A stretch of 64,000 nucleotides of DNA from Octopus vulgaris (lineage: Eukaryota), in the NCBI GenBank assembly GCA_951406725.2, contig OX597831.1:52824001-52888000 (forward strand), in the 5' to 3' direction. A program made the position numbers and the translations under genes. The notes under the pieces were generated by a model. The model searched no databases. It had not been told where the DNA came from and saw nothing but the letters and a program-made list of their open reading frames with translations. Below are positions 1 through 64,000 of the stretch, piece after piece; positions within the stretch are counted from its first letter, which is position 1, and the number at the start of each line of letters is the position of its first letter.

Positions 1-120
1 TTGATAGTAGAGACATATTGATCACAGTGGAGTATGATGATAGCACTAAATACATGAGGATGAAAATGAGGGCATAGTACTGATAGTGAGTATACACTGA
101 TGACAGCAGAGTCATTTTAT

Positions 121-660
121 CTTACATTTAACATCCGTTTTCCATACTGGCATGGATTGGACAGCTTGACAGGAATTGTCAAGGCCAGGGGCTACACCAG
201 GTTTCATAGTCTGTTTTGGTTTGGTTTCTAAGGTTGGGTACCTTTCCTAATGCAAACCATTCCACAGAGTGTACTGGGGGCCTTTTATGTGGCACCAGCA
301 TCAGTGCTTTTTACATAGCATCAGCACCCACACCAATGCTTTTTACATGACACCTTGGTTTTAGGACCTCAGTTCTGTTGTGGTGAGCAGGTCTTCTGAA
401 GTACAGTAAAGTGCCATATATCTTAGTACTCTGTCATCTCCTTCATAAGGTTCAGCATTTTGAAATCAACCTTCAATATTTCATGGATGTCTTCCTGGGT
501 CTTCCTCTTCCACAACTTCACTCCACTTTAAGTGATCAGCACTTCTTTATGCAACAGTCCTCAGCCATCGACATCACATGACCAAACCAGCATAGTTTCC
601 ACTCTTGCACACCGCATATAATTCCTCTTATACTCATGGAGTCTTATGCTCATGTAGGTA
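121..660 (-). mobile_element. Degenerate RTE LINE 3' end
   Basis: aacatccgttttccatactggcatgg terminus and degenerate RL.W.GHV / GRGRPRKT coding remnant. Confidence 0.7.
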
Positions 661-935
661 TGGAGTTGATAATAGGGATATATATATATGTTACATGAAA
701 TTTGAAGACAACAGTTGACTATGTTAAGACATTGATGACACTGGAAATGTTTATAAAGATAGCTGCTTGGTTTGAAGGAAAATGCAGTAGCCATGGCCTT
801 TGCAAGTTCTCTGAGACCAGTGAGAGAGATGTTATTAATGTTCTGATTAAACTATTGCAAGGCAACACCTGTGATTAAAAACATGAGCAGGAAGTGCATG
901 TGCATATGTGCATGTGTGTGTGTGCGTTTGTGCAT

Positions 936-990
<55 letters not shown>

Positions 991-1679
991 TATGTGTGTG
1001 TGTGGGGGGGGTGATGCAAACAGGAAAAATTTAACTCAAAACATGAGTTAATATATACTTTATATTGTAACAGTAAAAAGAAAGAAAAGACAGTATGTCT
1101 TTGAAACAGAGGGTAGCTTTTCTATAGATGTGGTGAGATGATGAAAAGTGAAGTATAGTAGTAGGTAATAGTGAATGACTATGAAGTTACATCCATCCGT
1201 TTTCTCTGTCCACTATTCCTAGGAGGGTCATGGAGGTAAAGTTCTTTGGCACCTCCTCCATAAGATCCTATCAGAACCAATCATCATTACAATTCAGCAA
1301 AAAGGGGTCAATCAAATAAGTCCCAGACTGAAAAATAAGTACTGCAGTCAATTTGTTCAACTAAACCCTCTAAGGCTGTGCCGCTAGGTGTCCAGTCCAC
1401 GGGCTCAGCTTGAATAATCCATCTTACAATCCTTTACTGTGACATTCTAATCACACTTTGAAGTTAGAGAGATGATTATAAAGTTGTGAATTCTGCTGTA
1501 CATGCACACTAAATTTTAACATTCTAGCTCACTTCTGCTATTTACTGCAGTGCTTGGAAGGAACATGTGTAGCATGTGATCATTGCATTGACCATAACAG
1601 AGATAATGATGATGGAGGTATATTTATGACATGGGAGGCATGGAAAGGAAGAAGGACAATGACTTTGAGAGCATCCAAG

Positions 1680-2252
1680 ATGGCTGAAAATGTTGATCTT
1701 GACAAATGTTCTGGGGGACCTGCAACCAACATAACTGAGAAAAACATTGCAGATGTGCAGCTGTGAGAAGAAATGGTCGAATCACCATCCATGAGTTATC
1801 CATGAGTGCAGATTAGTTGTGGCTCAGTTCAGTCCATTATCACTGAAGATTTAGATATGAGACATGTGTCTGCCAAGTTTGTGTCGAAACTGCTTTCTGC
1901 TGACCTAAAAGACACTCTCGTTTCAGTTGCACAAGATGTCTTTTGTGTTGAGGACAATGAAAACTTTTTGAAAACTTTACATAGGCCTCTGAGCAGGTAT
2001 CATCACGTTTTTGGCAAAATTTGATGCAGATTCTCTGCTCAACTTTCTCTGTCGTGGTCAATGCGATGATCACACGCTACACACCTTCCTTCTAAGCACT
2101 GCTGTAAACAGTAGAAGTGAGCTAGAGCATTAAAATTTAGTGTGCAGGCACAGCAGAGTTTAAGGTCAACATTTGCCAAGCAGCTTCATTCTGCATGCTT
2201 TAGCTTCGTTACTATGACAACATCCTGGACACTTATTGATCAGACCACATAT
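1680..2252. mobile_element. Rearranged mariner remnant
   Basis: Plus strand: ISCGSVQSIITEDLDMRHVSAKFVSKLL...ENFLKT. Minus strand: N-terminus VEQRICIKFCQK with a TIR-like TGGTCTGATCAATAAGT near 2250. Confidence 0.75.
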
Positions 2253-2376
2253 GTTTAGAGCTGTACTGACTGATGACAGTAAGCTATGTTGTTTATTGTA
2301 GAATCATACAGATAATGGTAAAGATAGGATCATATCTACAGAGTAATAAAGGAACAAGGGTTGAAACAACACTCAC

Positions 2377-60708
<58,332 letters not shown>

Positions 60709-61229
60709 ACTATTGTTTACAAATTAATTTCAACCGTTACAAAAACAAACTTCTACCGTTACGGATATCCTGGTGCTTATTTTGATTATATATATATATA
60801 TTCTCCTGGCGACGGTAAAGAGTACGCACACCCAGTGTTTAGGGTTAGCGTTAGCATTAAGAAAAAGAAGAATATAAATCTTTTTGTCTGAAGTATTTTT
60901 ATTTATTAATTCATTGTTCTGGGTTTCACCACTACCACCATCACCAAGAAATTGACCCCAGTGACCTGACACGAGTTCAATATCTGACCCTGAGCAACGT
61001 CATTCTTAATCTCAAGCTTCAGGTACTTTAACCAGTTTGAGTTGGCTTGTTCGGTAAATACCGTTAGAATTCCGTAAGCAGCCGAAGTCGATATCGTCAG
61101 CGTTGCGTTGACGCCAAACATTCAGTTGTTAGTTTTCTGTTGTTCACGAAACAGATAAAAACCTTCTCCCGTTTTCTCTTTCTCTCCCGCCTTTTAATTG
61201 TCAACACTGCCTCACGCTTTTATAGTGAA
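60709..61229. promoter_or_regulatory. Putative bidirectional promoter / 5' UTRs
   Basis: 521 bp between divergent ATGs, no recognisable repeat, and visibly CpG-enriched relative to the CpG-depleted introns. Confidence 0.6.
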
Positions 61230-61341
61230 ATGTCTTCAAAATACGCTGATGTTCCGATAGCGGACCCCGTGGAAGTTTTTGCTGTTAGCGCTGCTTACAG
61301 AGCAGACCCTGACCCCAACAAAGTTAACCTCAGTGTCGGTG
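61230..61341 (+). CDS. GOT1: Aspartate aminotransferase, cytoplasmic: first coding exon
   Basis: MSSKYADVPIADPVEVFAVSAAYRADPDPNKVNLSVG resembles the GOT1 N-terminus (human ...[30 protein letters not shown]). No mitochondrial presequence. Phase-1 GT donor directly after the VG codons. Confidence 0.92.
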
Positions 61342-64000
61342 GTTCGTATACATGTATTTCTAATTTTAACGCATAATAATTCTCTTCTGTTTGAAGACGA
61401 GTTGCTAAGCCCTACTTTCACCACACACATACACACAAAATCCCTTACGAATTTTGTTTCGATCATCTAGTGTTTCGAGCTGTTTCCTTTCATTCAAGTT
61501 GTCCTTGAGAAAACGGCATGAAAATCGTTCAACTCCATTTAAAACCTGGGTTTTCTTATGCATCTTATAGACACATGTTTATATATACGTATTGCTTCTA
61601 TTTTTTATTTTGTTCTAAAAAAAATTAAAATACCGAACGTGGCTGAGTATTGTACACTTTGGTTTGATACTAAAAATTTCGCTTCTGTTTGCCTTTAAAA
61701 AAACAAGCGAAATTACACCCAGATTCTTGTGCATAAGAAACGTAATCAATTCCGAAAAAGATATATGGAAAGAAAAAAATCTTAAAAAGATAGATAAAAT
61801 TCGAACTTGATCAATCTATTAAAAGTTAAAATATGTATACATAAGAATTTGTCATTATTTCTAAAAATGCTTGTTAGATTCTGTAAGTACGGTGTCTATA
61901 AGAATGATATCTGCAGTTTTTATGACCTTCATATATTATTATATCTGATCACTTTCGCTGAAAAGCTTCTTGTTTATAAATAACACAGCTGTAGTTGCAG
62001 TTATAATATATGATAGCACTGCTGCACACACACAAACATTAATTATTTTAATATTTATCTCCATACTATATTCTTCTTCTTCTAGCGTGCGTGGCGAGGT
62101 CACTGTAAAAGTCCTTTCACTATTTACTAGTCTCCTTGACCTTGTTCGTTACATCTACATCAAACCACTTCGTTCATCGTTCACGTTGGTTAATCTCTGT
62201 TTCATCTTGTTCTGGTTTGTTAATTTTCCCTCTCTAATGGAGCAGCTCTATAATAATAGGTGTTCCGTCACAGCCTTTCTGATTTCACTCACATTCTTTC
62301 GTGATCTTTGACTATAGCGTACCATTTGATCTGCCGAGATCAACTTTGTCATACACCCTTTCGAAGGACGATGAAATAAAGTGCCAGTCAAGTACTACAG
62401 TTAGTGATATTGATTGATTCTTCGCCTTAATATTCTGGGTTTGTTCTATATTCATTATGCGGCATTCTTTCGAAAGAATGCCACTAATACTAATAATCCT
62501 TTCTACTAAAGGCACAAGGCCTCAAATTTGGTGGGGAGGGGACTAATTAATTACATTGACTCCTGTGTTTCACTTGTACTTGATTCATCGACCCCGAAAG
62601 GGATGGAAGGCAAAGTCGACCTCGGCGGAATTTGAACTTGGAACGTAGCAGCAGACGAAATACCTATTTCTTCACTACCCACAAGGGGCTAAACACAGAG
62701 AGGACAGACAAACGGATTAAGTAGATTATATCGACCCCAGTGCGTAACTGGTACTTATTTAATCGACCCCGAAAAGATGAAAGGCTAAGTCGACCTCGCC
62801 GAAATTGAACTCAGAACGTACCGGCAGACGAAATACCTATTTCTTTACTACCCACAGAGAGGGCAAACAAGGACAGACAAACGGATTTAGTCGATTACAT
62901 CGACCCCGAAAGGATGAAAGGCAAAGTCGACCTCAGCGGAATTTGAACTCAGAACGTAATGGCAGACGAAATACCTATTTCTTTATTACCCACTAGGGGC
63001 TAAACATAGAGTGGACAAACAAGGACATACATAGGTATTAAGTCGATTACATCGGCCCCAGTGCGTAACTGGTACTTAATTTATCGACCCCGAAAGGGTG
63101 AAAGGCAAAGTCGACCTCGGCGGAATTTGAACTCACAACGTAACGGCAGACGAAATACCACTAAGCATTTCGCCCGGCAAATAATGGGAAAGACTTCCTC
63201 CTGTCAAAAAAAGGGTGCGGTTGGGGGGGTACAAAAGTAAGTCTTGCCTAATAATGTTCTAGTAAAGTTAAACAAATAATTATCGCTACAAAATTCTTAT
63301 TTTTACGAACACAGCATAAAAAAATAATAAATTCCAGATCGGAAAATCCACAATAAGAGTGAAACTGCTGTTTTATTATCTCGGTACGCTAAACTCTTAC
63401 ATCGTCCCATATTTAACATGTTGTTTACTTAGGAAGTGGGTTGAAATGTAAGAGGGATTTCGTTATTTCTTCATTTTCTTACGTACCTCTTTTTAATGTA
63501 AAATTTAGTATGAAATTTAACACACAATTATAGATGATTTATTTGTATCAAATATTTCCGAACTTTTTTTGTAGAGCTTATTAATTTGTTGACTAATTTA
63601 TTCTCAGACACTTTTTAGTAAAGTTTGTTAACCTAACGAAATGTTATTGAGAAAAAGAAAAAAACACGAAAGACCTTTTTTCTATTCTTAGTCATTAATA
63701 GAAATCATTATCTTTCTCTCGCCTATAAATATGAAAGGTTTTAAAACGCCAAATGAAACAACAAAACAACGGTTCCAAAATTATTTTCCATGGAAGTCTG
63801 ATCCAAGCACACCATACAACCCTTGATAACTTATTTTATTTTGGGGAATTTTCACAAAATATTGTTTGATTCAGGTTTCCGCCATATAAATAGAAGCAAA
63901 TTGCGGATTTGAACTATCTGTATTTTAACACCATGATTTCAAAGCACAGTCTTCGAAAAAGAGTGAAAATTTTAGGATTTATGGGGTGGGGGATTAAAGC

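Noticed and set aside
62500-63178. CRISPR-like regularly repeated blocks
   Set aside because: Eukaryotic context; the units are SINE fragments and the intervening sequences are homologous, not unique spacers.

Overview
AT-rich, microsatellite- and repeat-dense animal genomic DNA, most likely a coleoid cephalopod such as Octopus (inferred from the SINE/RTE repeat families, not from a database search). Most of the window is one minus-strand gene. I reconstruct 14 GT-AG exons (60708 to 2377, 3001 nt, about 1000 codons, open at the left edge) encoding a secreted protein. Its signal peptide is split over three microexons and is followed by five tandem cysteine-rich units built from phase-1 exons, with an RFKR furin-type site and a poly-Asp/Asn linker. 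This gene sits head-to-head (521 bp between ATGs) with exon 1 of cytosolic aspartate aminotransferase (GOT1). The introns hold a 5'-truncated RTE LINE and many RTE 3' ends, a Penelope-like RT remnant split by a solo LTR, mariner and Chapaev3-like remnants, hAT MITEs, several SINE families, a variant tRNA-His and several fold-back inverted duplications. The least expected signal is a set of at least four sequence-unrelated minimal type I hammerhead ribozyme motifs, plus degenerate relics, in small repeats that mostly lie in (TA)n tracts. Two of them are in the sense orientation of the host pre-mRNA.
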